Source: Verrucomicrobiota bacterium
GTDB taxonomy: Bacteria; Verrucomicrobiota; Verrucomicrobiia; Opitutales; Cerasicoccaceae
Assembly: GCA_039818205.1 (NCBI GenBank)
Contig: JBCBUK010000019.1
Span: 1 to 64,000, forward strand
Direction of reading: 5' to 3'
Length of the DNA: 64,000 nt
Below the pieces are notes generated by a model. The model was not told the origin of the DNA, searched no databases, and saw only the letters and a program-made list of their open reading frames with translations. Position 1 is the first letter of the stretch, and each line of letters begins with the position of its first letter. This document shows, one piece after another, positions 30,089 to 39,229 of the stretch. The position numbers and the translations under genes are program-made.

Positions 30089-31057
30089 TTATCGGCTGTT
30101 TTGCTTCTCAAGGTTACTTTTTTCGTAAGCCTGAATGATCCGGCTGACGAGTGGGTGGCGGACAACGTCCGCAGCGTCGAAGTAAAAGAGCTTGATGCCC
30201 TTGATGTTAGCGAGAATCTGCACGGCTTGTTTAAGGCCGGACATTTTGGAACGGGGCAAATCAACTTGGGTGATGTCTCCAGTGACAATCATCTTGGAGC
30301 TCTCTCCCAGGCGGGTCAGGAACATCATCATTTGCTCGGGAGTGGTGTTTTGGGCTTCATCCAGGACGACGTAGGCGGAGGACAGGGTGCGACCGCGCAT
30401 ATACGCGAGCGGCGCAATTTCGATCAGTCCTTTTTCGCGCATCTTTGCAGCATCTTCCTTGCCGAGCATGTCAAACATGGCGTCATAAATTGGGCGCAAA
30501 TACGGATCGAGCTTCTGCTCGAGCTCACCCGGAAGGAATCCAAGGGCTTCGCCAGCTTCAACGGCAGGGCGGGTCACGATGATGCGTTTGACCTCTCCTT
30601 CTTGCAGGGCGTGAAGTGCCGCAGCCATTGCGAGGTAGGTCTTCCCGGTTCCGGCTGGGCCGATTCCAAAGACGATATCGTTCTTTTGGATGAACTGGAG
30701 GTAGCGCTTCTGGTTGATCGTCTTGGGGACGATGCTGGCCTTGCGCAGGCGGATCACGAGGGGATCGTGGAACACCTCTTTGACTTCCGCGCCTTCACCA
30801 CGCTCAAAGCTTTCCAGAATGTGAGAAAAGTCGTTGTTGGTCAGCGTGATTCCCTGGCTGCGGGCAGCATCGAGGGTATTGAAGAAATCCACGGTCTCCT
30901 GGACGCCGTCTTCGGGGCCTTCGACATCCAGCCAATCCTCGCGAGTCACGATGGAGACGTCGAATGCCTTCTCTGCCTTGTTGAGGTTTGCATCCTTGCC
31001 ACAATACAACTGATTGAGGTGGCGAGGGCTGGGGAATTGTAATTTCTCCGTGGCCAT
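30089..31057 (-). CDS. phoH: PhoH-like ATPase (YbeZ)
   Basis: Motifs GPAGTGKT, RPAVEAGE, YMRGRT, DEAQN and DVVRH. Confidence 0.95.
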   Translation of the reverse strand: MATEKLQFPSPRHLNQLYCGKDANLNKAEKAFDVSIVTREDWLDVEGPEDGVQETVDFFNTLDAARSQGITLTNNDFSHILESFERGEGAEVKEVFHDPLVIRLRKASIVPKTINQKRYLQFIQKNDIVFGIGPAGTGKTYLAMAAALHALQEGEVKRIIVTRPAVEAGEALGFLPGELEQKLDPYLRPIYDAMFDMLGKEDAAKMREKGLIEIAPLAYMRGRTLSSAYVVLDEAQNTTPEQMMMFLTRLGESSKMIVTGDITQVDLPRSKMSGLKQAVQILANIKGIKLFYFDAADVVRHPLVSRIIQAYEKSNLEKQNSR

Positions 31058-31084
31058 GAACAGGTAAAGCAGGCGAAAGGCAAA

Positions 31085-31579
31085 TTAGGCATGCGCTGGC
31101 GCGAACTCGCGCAAGCGTTGCCACATGGCGTCCATGCTTTCCGGCAGGACTTTGGTTTCACCCAGGACGGGCATAAAGTTTGTGTCACCATTCCAGCGTG
31201 GAACGATGTGACAATGAATGTGCTGAGGGATGCCTGCTCCGGCGGCGCTGCCGAAATTGAAACCGACGTTAAATCCGTCGGGCCGAATGGCGTCCTTGAG
31301 AATCTGTTGGCCCAATATGATGGCTTCCATTAAGTCTGCCCGTTCCGGCTCAGTCAACTCTGCAAGTTCACCGACCTCTCGGTACGGAGCAATGAGCAAA
31401 TGTCCAGCATTGTAGGGAAACTTGTTCATCACGATGTAGCAATGCTGGCCCCGCCAAACGACATGGTTCGCGGCATCATCGGCCTCGGCTGGTATGCGCG
31501 TAAACGGATTTCCCCCCGGCTTGTCCTTCTGGGGGGCTTCGATGTACGGCATTCGCCAATATGCGTGGAGGCTGTCCAT
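31085..31579 (-). CDS. HIT family hydrolase (Ap4A phosphorylase-like)
   Basis: Motifs NKFPYNAGH and HIHCHIVPRW.GD.NFM. Confidence 0.93.
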   Translation of the reverse strand: MDSLHAYWRMPYIEAPQKDKPGGNPFTRIPAEADDAANHVVWRGQHCYIVMNKFPYNAGHLLIAPYREVGELAELTEPERADLMEAIILGQQILKDAIRPDGFNVGFNFGSAAGAGIPQHIHCHIVPRWNGDTNFMPVLGETKVLPESMDAMWQRLREFAPAHA

Positions 31580-31713
31580 TCTGAGCTAGAAAAATTTTGG
31601 GGATAAAACACAAGAAATGGCCGTCTGGCTAGGATGAAATCGCGAGAGCATTTGCGTTTTGGATTGGGCATTTTCACCTAGTTTGGACGCGAAACTTGCT
31701 GATTCGTTCAACA

Positions 31714-31742
31714 TTGACACGGTTTGTGTTAAAATTGAGACT
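31714..31742 (+). promoter_or_regulatory. Putative sigma70 promoter, giving a near-leaderless transcript for the 31751 ORF
   Basis: TTGACA-N17-GAGACT, ending 8 nt before the ATG. Confidence 0.5.
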
Positions 31743-31750
31743 GCGTCCCG

Positions 31751-32143
31751 ATGTTTCTACGTGCTTCAGAGCGGGTTCGCCCGTGGATCTGCCTTGTGCT
31801 GGCTTTGGTCGTTACCATCGCAGGAGCCTGGCCGATTCTGAGCCAGCCGGTCGCCCGTAGCCTCGACAATTTTCAGCGCTACAGCGCCATCATGCCAGCG
31901 GTTGATGCCTGGCAATTTGCCCTGGAAGGCGCCGAGTTTTGTAATGGTTTGCCGGTGCTGCCGGATGAGCCGGTTCCCGCTGAGTTGGCTTCGAGTCAGT
32001 CAGTGGAGGGACACCTTGTCCCGGTCCGAATTTCGAAAACCTGGCTTGATCGGCCAGTCGAGTGTCCGTCGTTAATGACGGTCGAAGTAAGTATTCTGGA
32101 GCCTCGGGCCTATGCGCCTGAGCCGCCGCCCCCGCGGGCCTAG
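31751..32143 (+). CDS. Small exported protein with a Pro-rich C-terminus (DUF2946 / CutF-like leader)
   Basis: N-terminal hydrophobic segment, Cys residues, and C-terminal RAYAPEPPPPRA-stop. Confidence 0.65.
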   Translation: MFLRASERVRPWICLVLALVVTIAGAWPILSQPVARSLDNFQRYSAIMPAVDAWQFALEGAEFCNGLPVLPDEPVPAELASSQSVEGHLVPVRISKTWLDRPVECPSLMTVEVSILEPRAYAPEPPPPRA

Positions 32144-32161
32144 TGCTTCTATATGCCTAGC

Positions 32162-32232
32162 GACTGCCTTCGGGGCAGTCATTCCGTCAATGACTCGCAC
32201 GATGCGCTGAGGTTATGCGCATCCGGTGCGAG
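32162..32232 (+). promoter_or_regulatory. Structured intergenic RNA with mutually exclusive hairpins
   Basis: Stems GACTGCC/GGCAGTC, AGTCATT/AATGACT (overlaps both others) and CTCGCAC-GATGCGC/GCGCATC-GTGCGAG. Confidence 0.6.
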
Positions 32233-32259
32233 CGAACTTACTTACTTTGAATACACTCG

Positions 32260-32961
32260 ATGAAATTTCTTTCTTACTCAATTGCTGCGGGCCTCGCCTG
32301 CGCGCCTGTTCACGCAACGCTTGATGGTCTCCCGACACCGATCGATCAGGGCGGCATGATTCACGCAATGGTCACCTTCCGGGACCAACCAACCGATACG
32401 TTTTCGGTAATGTTACACGGGGTGACACCCGAGCTTAATCCCATATCGATATGGTCGCCTGGCGAGGATTTTAGCCCCAGTGATCCGTGGTATTCCCAGC
32501 TCGATCCCGCGGCCTTGGCCAAACCATTTGGGAGTCGCTATGGCATTCTGGTCGATGGCGTTAACAGCGACTTCACACCTGCGGGAACGTCTCTGGGGAT
32601 CCGGGTAACGGATATCGACCCGGGTCTGACTGGGTATTTTTACAGCGCCGTTCCTGGCAGCCAGCGCTTTGATGCCGTATTGGCTGCCTCTGGTAGCGAA
32701 GTCCTTTGGAACGGTAATATGTGGCACCCGGTTTTTGTCGCCGACGGACCTGGCACCTTCAATGTGACGCTCGAATTCTTTGTCGCCAACCAATCGAATA
32801 GCAGCTTCGTAACCGCCGCAGACGTCGACAACGCCCCTGGGTTTTCCACGGAATCGTTGACGCTTACGATGACCGCGGTACCCGAGCCCAGTACTTATGC
32901 GTTAATGGCTGGCACCGTGTGTATGGGCTTTGTTTGGCTCCGGCGGAGGTCACGCAAGTGA
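32260..32961 (+). CDS. PEP-CTERM sorted surface protein with Met/His motifs
   Basis: Signal peptide; VPEPSTYAL, TM segment and RRRSRK tail; motifs GGMIHAM and NMWHP. Confidence 0.9.
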   Translation: MKFLSYSIAAGLACAPVHATLDGLPTPIDQGGMIHAMVTFRDQPTDTFSVMLHGVTPELNPISIWSPGEDFSPSDPWYSQLDPAALAKPFGSRYGILVDGVNSDFTPAGTSLGIRVTDIDPGLTGYFYSAVPGSQRFDAVLAASGSEVLWNGNMWHPVFVADGPGTFNVTLEFFVANQSNSSFVTAADVDNAPGFSTESLTLTMTAVPEPSTYALMAGTVCMGFVWLRRRSRK

Positions 32962-33668
32962 TTGCTTCGTTGGCTTTTGCAGCGCGAAACAAGGGGTTTT
33001 CATTGATTGAATTGCTCGCGGCCATGGGAGTCGTGAGCATCCTCTTGGCGATCATGCTTGCGGCTCTTGGACGCGGTCGCGCGCTTGCGGAAGAGACGCA
33101 TTGCCGTGCCAATCTCAGAGCCCTTGGCCAGGCAGCGTTGCTTTACGCCAATGAACACGAGGGCGAGTTTCCGAGGAGCAAACATTCTGCACGGGGTGCC
33201 AATACTCGCCCCTGGAATACGACGATTCAACCCTACCTGGGGTACGACAGTTCGATGACGGGAGACGAGGTTGCTGACTCGATAGAGCGCCACTGCCGAT
33301 GCCCAAAGGATGAGCGGGAATCGCATTCCAGCTATGGCCTCAATGTCTATGTTGAGCTGGATCTCCATCTGAACCCCTCGGACTATGGTTCGGGATGGCA
33401 GGGCGAGACCTGGCGCACGCTGGCGTCTATGCCAGCACCCAACCAAACCATCTTGTTTGCCGAGTTAAAGTCCGGCGAGAATGCGGACCATGTCATGGCC
33501 CATTTTTGGACGGGTAACACTGCGAATGCCGAAGTGGCCATCGATCGACATGGTGGCAAGGCCAACTATGCATTTGTCGACGGGCACGTTGAGCTGCTCC
33601 TGGTAGAATCCGTTTTCGATGCCAGCAACGGAATCAACAAATGGAATCCGGCGACCGCTGGAAACTAA
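32958..33668 (+). CDS. Prepilin-type N-terminal cleavage / H-X9-DG domain protein
   Basis: Motifs GFSLIELL, C.ANLR.LG.A..LY and RHGGKANYAFVDGH. Confidence 0.92.
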   Translation: MIASLAFAARNKGFSLIELLAAMGVVSILLAIMLAALGRGRALAEETHCRANLRALGQAALLYANEHEGEFPRSKHSARGANTRPWNTTIQPYLGYDSSMTGDEVADSIERHCRCPKDERESHSSYGLNVYVELDLHLNPSDYGSGWQGETWRTLASMPAPNQTILFAELKSGENADHVMAHFWTGNTANAEVAIDRHGGKANYAFVDGHVELLLVESVFDASNGINKWNPATAGN

Positions 33669-34381
33669 TTCTGAGAATCCTTGATGACCTCTTGAATCGG
33701 CTCGGCGATTTCAAACAAACCTTTGGACACGAACTCATTCGAAATTGCCTGGAGCACCGGGCGGATCTCAGTGACTTTTTCGAACGATTCGGAATAGCCG
33801 AGGTCCAGCGCGCGGTAGATGGTTTCAGGCCCGGAGGTGTCGACCATCTTTATACGGTCGATACTTAAGTTGAGTTGATTCACCAACAGTTTCTCCGGGA
33901 CCATCTGATCGCGTGAGGCAGCTTCTTCGGCCACTTGGCTTAGGATTTGATCCCAATTGACTTCAGCGCTCTCGAAAAACGCTTCGAGGTTTGAGGTGCT
34001 CATGTTCCCCTGCAAAAACGCCAACTCTTCGATGGCCAGGGTGATTTCACTAATAACCAAATTTTGTTCGCTGCTGTTATCGCGGTCGAGGCCGATTGTG
34101 AATTCCGAGATCCGCAAGAACTCCTGATCAGGATAATCGCTTGGATTGTCAATTTCCACGCCTTCGAAGGTCAGGCTCTGGTTGCGGAAATTGACGCTGG
34201 CGTCATTGATCGTAGTCGGAAATCCCGTGGCCTCGGTGACGATCTCCTCCGCGAGCTGCGGCGCCATCGTATCGATTGCCCAAAAGAAGCCGACAACCAT
34301 CAGGATCAGCACGACGACTATTCCTCCAATTAGGGTTAGGATACAGCCAATTGGCTTAGTGACTATGGAGAAGAGTCCCAT
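33665..34381 (-). CDS. Membrane-anchored hypothetical protein (AsmA-like N-terminus)
   Basis: N-terminal TM segment and an IDNPSDY motif. Confidence 0.6.
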   Translation of the reverse strand: MGLFSIVTKPIGCILTLIGGIVVVLILMVVGFFWAIDTMAPQLAEEIVTEATGFPTTINDASVNFRNQSLTFEGVEIDNPSDYPDQEFLRISEFTIGLDRDNSSEQNLVISEITLAIEELAFLQGNMSTSNLEAFFESAEVNWDQILSQVAEEAASRDQMVPEKLLVNQLNLSIDRIKMVDTSGPETIYRALDLGYSESFEKVTEIRPVLQAISNEFVSKGLFEIAEPIQEVIKDSQN

Positions 34382-34387
34382 CTTAAG

Positions 34388-35344
34388 TTACTGGTTAGTA
34401 AAACCTTCGGTTACGAGGACTGTTGTGTCCGTCTCGGCCACAAACGCAAATCGTGTGTCAAAAGGCAGCAGAATGTTGGCGCTGCGTGGAATGTAGAATC
34501 CGTCCTCGGCATCACGAAGTTCACCCTGAGCGACACTCAGGATACGGGGTTGGTCGAAGCTATTGAAGCTTAGCGATTCGTCTTTTTTCAGATTGTAGCG
34601 CACGAGGTTGAAGATTTCGCTTTCGACTAGCGTTTGTTGTGCCTTGTTGTCGGGTTTAATGGTTTCCGGCTCAAAGTCTTCAAAATTGATACATTGAAGC
34701 GATTGCTCAACATGTAGCTGCCGAGGCTTGCCATCAAGTCCGACGCGTCCCCAGTCATAGACACGGTAAGTCGTGTCGGAGTTTTGTTGAATCTCGAGGA
34801 TCAAATTGCCCCCATCGATGGCATGAATACGGCCGCTGCGAACGAACATGGATTCGTCGGGTTGGACTGCCAAACGGTGGACGCACTCTTCCAGGGTACC
34901 GTCCTCGAGGCGTTGCTCAAACTCTTCTCGAGTGGTGCCGTTTTTGAGACCGACGAGCAGGTTGGCGCCTGGGTCGCAATCTGCGACATACCAATTCTCG
35001 GTCTTGGGTTCGCCTCCCAGCTCTCCGGCGATCTCGGCGGGCGGGTGGACTTGCAGGCTTAGGCGTTCTTTGCAATCGAGCCATTTAACGAGAATCGGGA
35101 AGGCCTGTTTGGTGTCCCAGGTAGGCCCCATGATACTTAGGCTATGGGCCTTCAGGGCGTCGCGCAGCGTCATCCCATCATACTGGCCTCCATCGATAAG
35201 GCTTTGGGCCTCGTCTCGATCGACGATCTCCCACGACTCACCGTAGGGCTGGTCGTCTGGCAGTTTACGGCCCAGTTTCTCCGACAGGCCTCGGCCTCCC
35301 CAGACACGTTGCTGATAGATTGGTTTAAAACTGATGAAACGCAT
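34388..35344 (-). CDS. manA: Mannose-6-phosphate isomerase, class I
   Basis: Motifs RVWGG, GESWE, LSLQVHP, KTENW, HAI and EIQQNSDTTYRVYDW. Confidence 0.92.
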   Translation of the reverse strand: MRFISFKPIYQQRVWGGRGLSEKLGRKLPDDQPYGESWEIVDRDEAQSLIDGGQYDGMTLRDALKAHSLSIMGPTWDTKQAFPILVKWLDCKERLSLQVHPPAEIAGELGGEPKTENWYVADCDPGANLLVGLKNGTTREEFEQRLEDGTLEECVHRLAVQPDESMFVRSGRIHAIDGGNLILEIQQNSDTTYRVYDWGRVGLDGKPRQLHVEQSLQCINFEDFEPETIKPDNKAQQTLVESEIFNLVRYNLKKDESLSFNSFDQPRILSVAQGELRDAEDGFYIPRSANILLPFDTRFAFVAETDTTVLVTEGFTNQ

Positions 35345-35551
35345 CGATTTTTAAATATTACCGCATCCGATAATCGGGTCAATAAGCCACTTCGTAAGAA
35401 AAATTTACACAGTCCCGGCAGGTTTGCCCGAGGACGTAGCGGAAAGTGCCTATTTAGGCTGGCAAAAGTACTGAGGAACGGGATGAATGAGCCGGTCATC
35501 TCCTTATGGCTTGTTTTAAACCCTTCCGATGGTATTTTCCTGGCATTTAAT

Positions 35552-38284
35552 ATGGCCGCAGCAGGCAGAAAAAAGAAAACACAACCGAAGAAAACCTCTT
35601 TCGCTCCGCGAGCACATTCTCGGCCTCTGGTCGGTGTGTTGCTGCTCCTCGTCGGCCTATTTCTGGCCGTGGCGATGCTGGATTTCGAGCCGAAGCAATC
35701 GAGTCAATTCGTTGCTGGGGCTGAGAACGCTCACAATCTAGCCGGGGAGGTCGGGGCGCAGGTTTCGGCCATGCTGCTGCGCCTATTTGGAGTTGTCTCC
35801 TGGCTGGTGCCGCCACTGGTCATCTGGATCTCGTTCCTGTTGTTTTTCAAGCGAGCGCACCGGGTCCGCCCACGGCTCTATATTTCACTGACGATCTTCG
35901 TCCTCTCCCTCACCGGTATCGCCGCATTTATTGACGGTGGCGGCGCGGTTGCGACTGAAGATGCTGAGGGGGTTGAGATTAAAACCGTTTCCGCTGGTGC
36001 TGCGGTTCCCACCACAACTGATTTTCCGCAAGGCTTGGGTGGCCTAGCCGGCCGTGCATTCTGCAATCAATTCACCTTGGAGTATTTGGGACCCTTTGGG
36101 AACATGCTGATGTTGGCCGCATTTACTTTGGTCAGCGCGCTGTTCTTGTTCACCGACAATATCCGGGCACACTTCCGCCGACAGCGCGAGGTTGCGGCTG
36201 ATCGCGCCGAGGAGAAGGCGAAGCGGCAGGCGGTTGCCGAAAAGCAAAAGGCACGCGAGGAGATCAAGGCGAAACACGCTGCGGAGCGAGAGGCCAAAAA
36301 GAAATCCGTCAAGGCAGCGCCGCCGCCCAGTACAAAGAAAGCAATTTTGGCCGACGATGGCCCCAAGGTTTCGCGTAAATCCCTTGCCTCGGGTGAGTCG
36401 ATGTTGGGAGACCCGGAGCCGGCGATCGACGATTTCATTCCGGACGCGGAAGAGTTCGACCTGGATGCTGAGGAACAATTTGAGCCACCCTCGCCCCCGC
36501 CAAAGCCGCCGGTTCCGCGTGAGGAACCGCCCAAGCGGGAAACGCCTCTGGTGTTACCGCGAGGCGGCACAAACGCTCCGTTTAAAAAGGGGCCGACAAA
36601 CCCACCGTTCAAAAGCAAAACGGCGCCTCCATTCAAGAAGATCGGTATCGAAGACGAGGACGTGCCCAAGCCAGCCCGTCGCGTTGGTGGAATCACGATT
36701 GTCGAAGGCGAAAAGACGGAAAAGGCCGCTGATAAGCGCCCTGAGAAGCGGGGTGATTATATTTTCCCGCAGATGGATTTGCTCGCTGATCCACCGCCAG
36801 GCAACGATTCCCAGGATCAGGACTACGAGGTCATGGCTGGTCAACTGATTCAGACGCTCGAAGAGTTTAACGTCAAAGTTTCGCCAGCAGAGGTGCTCAC
36901 GGGTCCTGTGATTACTCGCTATGAAGTGACTCCAGCTCCAGGTGTTCGCGTGGAGAAGATTCTTAACCTGGACAAGAATATCGCTTTGGGCCTGAAGGCG
37001 GATGCTGTCCGGATCATTGCCCCGGTTCCTGGAAAGGGAACGGTTGGTGTCGAGGTGCCCAATAAGCATCCGAAGCCGGTTTGCATGAAGGAGATTGTCG
37101 AATCGAAGTCTTGGGTGGAGTCTAAGGCAGAGATCCCTGTGGTGCTGGGCAAGGACGTTACGGGCCGCGCGATCGTTGAAGATTTGACCAAGATGCCGCA
37201 CATGCTGATCGCGGGTTCTACGGGTTCGGGTAAGACGGTCTGTATTAACGCGGTGATCGCGTCGTTGCTTTACCATGCCGGACCGGAAGATTTGCGCTTT
37301 ATCATGGTCGACCCGAAGGTCGTCGAAATGCAGGTATACAATGACTTGCCGCACATGCTGATCCCGGTGGTCACGGATCCGAAGAAGGTTCCGGGCGCCT
37401 TGAAATATCTCATCAATGAGATGGAGCGCCGCTACCAGATTTTTGCTAAGGTCGGCGTCCGCAACATTGCGGGCTTCAACAAGAAGCTGGCAAAGGACAA
37501 GGCCGAGGCAGACAAGCTTGAGCAGCTGGAACGTGAACAGGGCATTAGTATGACGCCTGAGGAACGTGCCGCAGCGGCAACGCTGGAGGTTCCTCGCGAC
37601 GACGATGCTTTTGAGATCCCGGAGAAGAAGCTCCCCTATATTGTGTGTATTATCGACGAGCTGGCGGACTTGATGATGGTAGCCCCCCAGGATATTGAAA
37701 CGGGGGTTGCGCGTTTGGCCCAGTTGGCTCGTGCAGCCGGTATTCACCTGATCCTAGCGACCCAACGTCCGTCGGTGAACGTCATTACCGGGGTGATTAA
37801 AGCGAACTTGCCAACCCGGATTTCTTTCAAGGTGGCTTCGAAGGTGGATAGTCGGACGATCCTCGACCAGCAAGGTGCGGAGGCACTCATCGGCAAGGGA
37901 GATATGCTCTTTATACCGCCAGGGACCTCTCATTTAGTCCGCGCGCAAGGTGCTTTTGTGTCGGATGACGAGATTAACCACATTGTTGAGTTCCTGAAGG
38001 ATAAGAACGGTGAGCCAGAGTTTGCTGAAGAGGTTCAGCAGCAGATTGAATCCGGTGGTGACGATGGAGGCGGCACGTCGCCCGGCAATTACGACGACGA
38101 GCTTGTGCCGCAAGCGATCGAAATCATCCGGACTCACCAGCGCGCTTCGACCTCCTTCCTGCAGCGTAAATTGAAAATTGGCTACAATCGCGCGGCACGG
38201 ATCATGGAAATCCTTGAGGACGAGGGGATAGTGGGGCCAGACAATGGCTCAAGCCCGCGTGAGATCCTTCAGGATGTCGATTAG
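35552..38284 (+). CDS. ftsK: DNA translocase FtsK
   Basis: 4TM domain, Pro-rich linker, motifs AGSTGSGKT, IIDELADLM and ATQRPS, and gamma domain GYNRAAR. Confidence 0.96.
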   Translation: MAAAGRKKKTQPKKTSFAPRAHSRPLVGVLLLLVGLFLAVAMLDFEPKQSSQFVAGAENAHNLAGEVGAQVSAMLLRLFGVVSWLVPPLVIWISFLLFFKRAHRVRPRLYISLTIFVLSLTGIAAFIDGGGAVATEDAEGVEIKTVSAGAAVPTTTDFPQGLGGLAGRAFCNQFTLEYLGPFGNMLMLAAFTLVSALFLFTDNIRAHFRRQREVAADRAEEKAKRQAVAEKQKAREEIKAKHAAEREAKKKSVKAAPPPSTKKAILADDGPKVSRKSLASGESMLGDPEPAIDDFIPDAEEFDLDAEEQFEPPSPPPKPPVPREEPPKRETPLVLPRGGTNAPFKKGPTNPPFKSKTAPPFKKIGIEDEDVPKPARRVGGITIVEGEKTEKAADKRPEKRGDYIFPQMDLLADPPPGNDSQDQDYEVMAGQLIQTLEEFNVKVSPAEVLTGPVITRYEVTPAPGVRVEKILNLDKNIALGLKADAVRIIAPVPGKGTVGVEVPNKHPKPVCMKEIVESKSWVESKAEIPVVLGKDVTGRAIVEDLTKMPHMLIAGSTGSGKTVCINAVIASLLYHAGPEDLRFIMVDPKVVEMQVYNDLPHMLIPVVTDPKKVPGALKYLINEMERRYQIFAKVGVRNIAGFNKKLAKDKAEADKLEQLEREQGISMTPEERAAAATLEVPRDDDAFEIPEKKLPYIVCIIDELADLMMVAPQDIETGVARLAQLARAAGIHLILATQRPSVNVITGVIKANLPTRISFKVASKVDSRTILDQQGAEALIGKGDMLFIPPGTSHLVRAQGAFVSDDEINHIVEFLKDKNGEPEFAEEVQQQIESGGDDGGGTSPGNYDDELVPQAIEIIRTHQRASTSFLQRKLKIGYNRAARIMEILEDEGIVGPDNGSSPREILQDVD
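36569..36640 (+). repeat. Triple peptide repeat in the FtsK linker
   Basis: TNAPFKK-GP-TNPPFKS-K-TAPPFKK. Confidence 0.7.
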
Positions 38285-38399
38285 AGCGGATTTTTCTGAG
38301 TCTGCCTCTGATAATTTTATGTCTATTGGTGCTTATCTGCACCGTATAGTTAATTCCGTCTTGCCCCAGCCGGGGATTTCTCAAGAACTTTAGGGTTTA

Positions 38400-39221
38400 A
38401 TGCCGAATATCGGGGACAGATTAGAAGAAGCACGCAAGCGACAGGGGATTTCGATACGAGAAGCATCGGAAGCCACGAAGATTCGCGGTGACTTGCTCTT
38501 GAGTCTGGAGAATAACAATTTTGATTTTGATCTTCCCGATGTTTACAAGCGGGGCTTCCTCAAGCTCTACGGGAAATACCTGAAATTGGACACGGATAAG
38601 CTCATGACCGATTTTGATGCGGTTATGATGGGGCGCAGCAAAGTTAAGCGAAGCGATTCGCGTGAGTTTTTCGGGCGGATGGATCTGCCAGAGCGAACGA
38701 CTCCGTTGGGTAGCAAGGAATCGACACCGCCATTTAGTGCCCAGGAGGGTAATCCTCGCGCCGCCAACGAAGGGCAGCCGGCTGAGCCGATTGAGCAACA
38801 AGCCGACACGAGCCTATATTGGAAGATCGGTCTAATTTTTCTCGGGACCTTTGTTATTGTGGGTCTGTTGGCGTTGCTGATTCAAGGCATGTTTTCGTCG
38901 AGCTCTGATGATGCGGATACCGGCGGCGGTTCCTCCTCCATTGTTGAAAACACTGATGGCGGTGAAGCAGTCCCAGGTGAAGTGACTTTGATTGGCCTTG
39001 GCGATTCGAGTGTGGTGGTGAAGCAGCTCAACACGAACGAGAAGATTGCCTCGGGTTCTTTGGAAACCGGTGAGGAGATCACTTTTACGCGCGTCGGTCC
39101 GATTGTTGTTGTGAGTGATAGCATCGAAAACGTGATGGTGCGAATCGATGGAAATGAGTTTCGCCCAGAAGGCCAGAGTGGCCTGATGAAGTGGTATTTT
39201 GACGAGAACGGCCCCTACTAA
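38400..39221 (+). CDS. rodZ: RodZ-like HTH / membrane protein
   Basis: IGDRLEEARK..GIS...ATKIR, YKRGFLKLY, a TM segment and a periplasmic domain; follows ftsK. Confidence 0.8.
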   Translation: MPNIGDRLEEARKRQGISIREASEATKIRGDLLLSLENNNFDFDLPDVYKRGFLKLYGKYLKLDTDKLMTDFDAVMMGRSKVKRSDSREFFGRMDLPERTTPLGSKESTPPFSAQEGNPRAANEGQPAEPIEQQADTSLYWKIGLIFLGTFVIVGLLALLIQGMFSSSSDDADTGGGSSSIVENTDGGEAVPGEVTLIGLGDSSVVVKQLNTNEKIASGSLETGEEITFTRVGPIVVVSDSIENVMVRIDGNEFRPEGQSGLMKWYFDENGPY

Positions 39222-39229
39222 GAGGTTTC

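Noticed and set aside
30101..31042. 313-aa + strand ORF opposite phoH (similar cases lie opposite ftsK and the plcP-like gene)
   Set aside because: Antisense shadow ORFs.
35144..35551. N-terminal extension of the FtsK ORF
   Set aside because: It overlaps manA and the divergent promoter region; the ATG at 35552 is more plausible.
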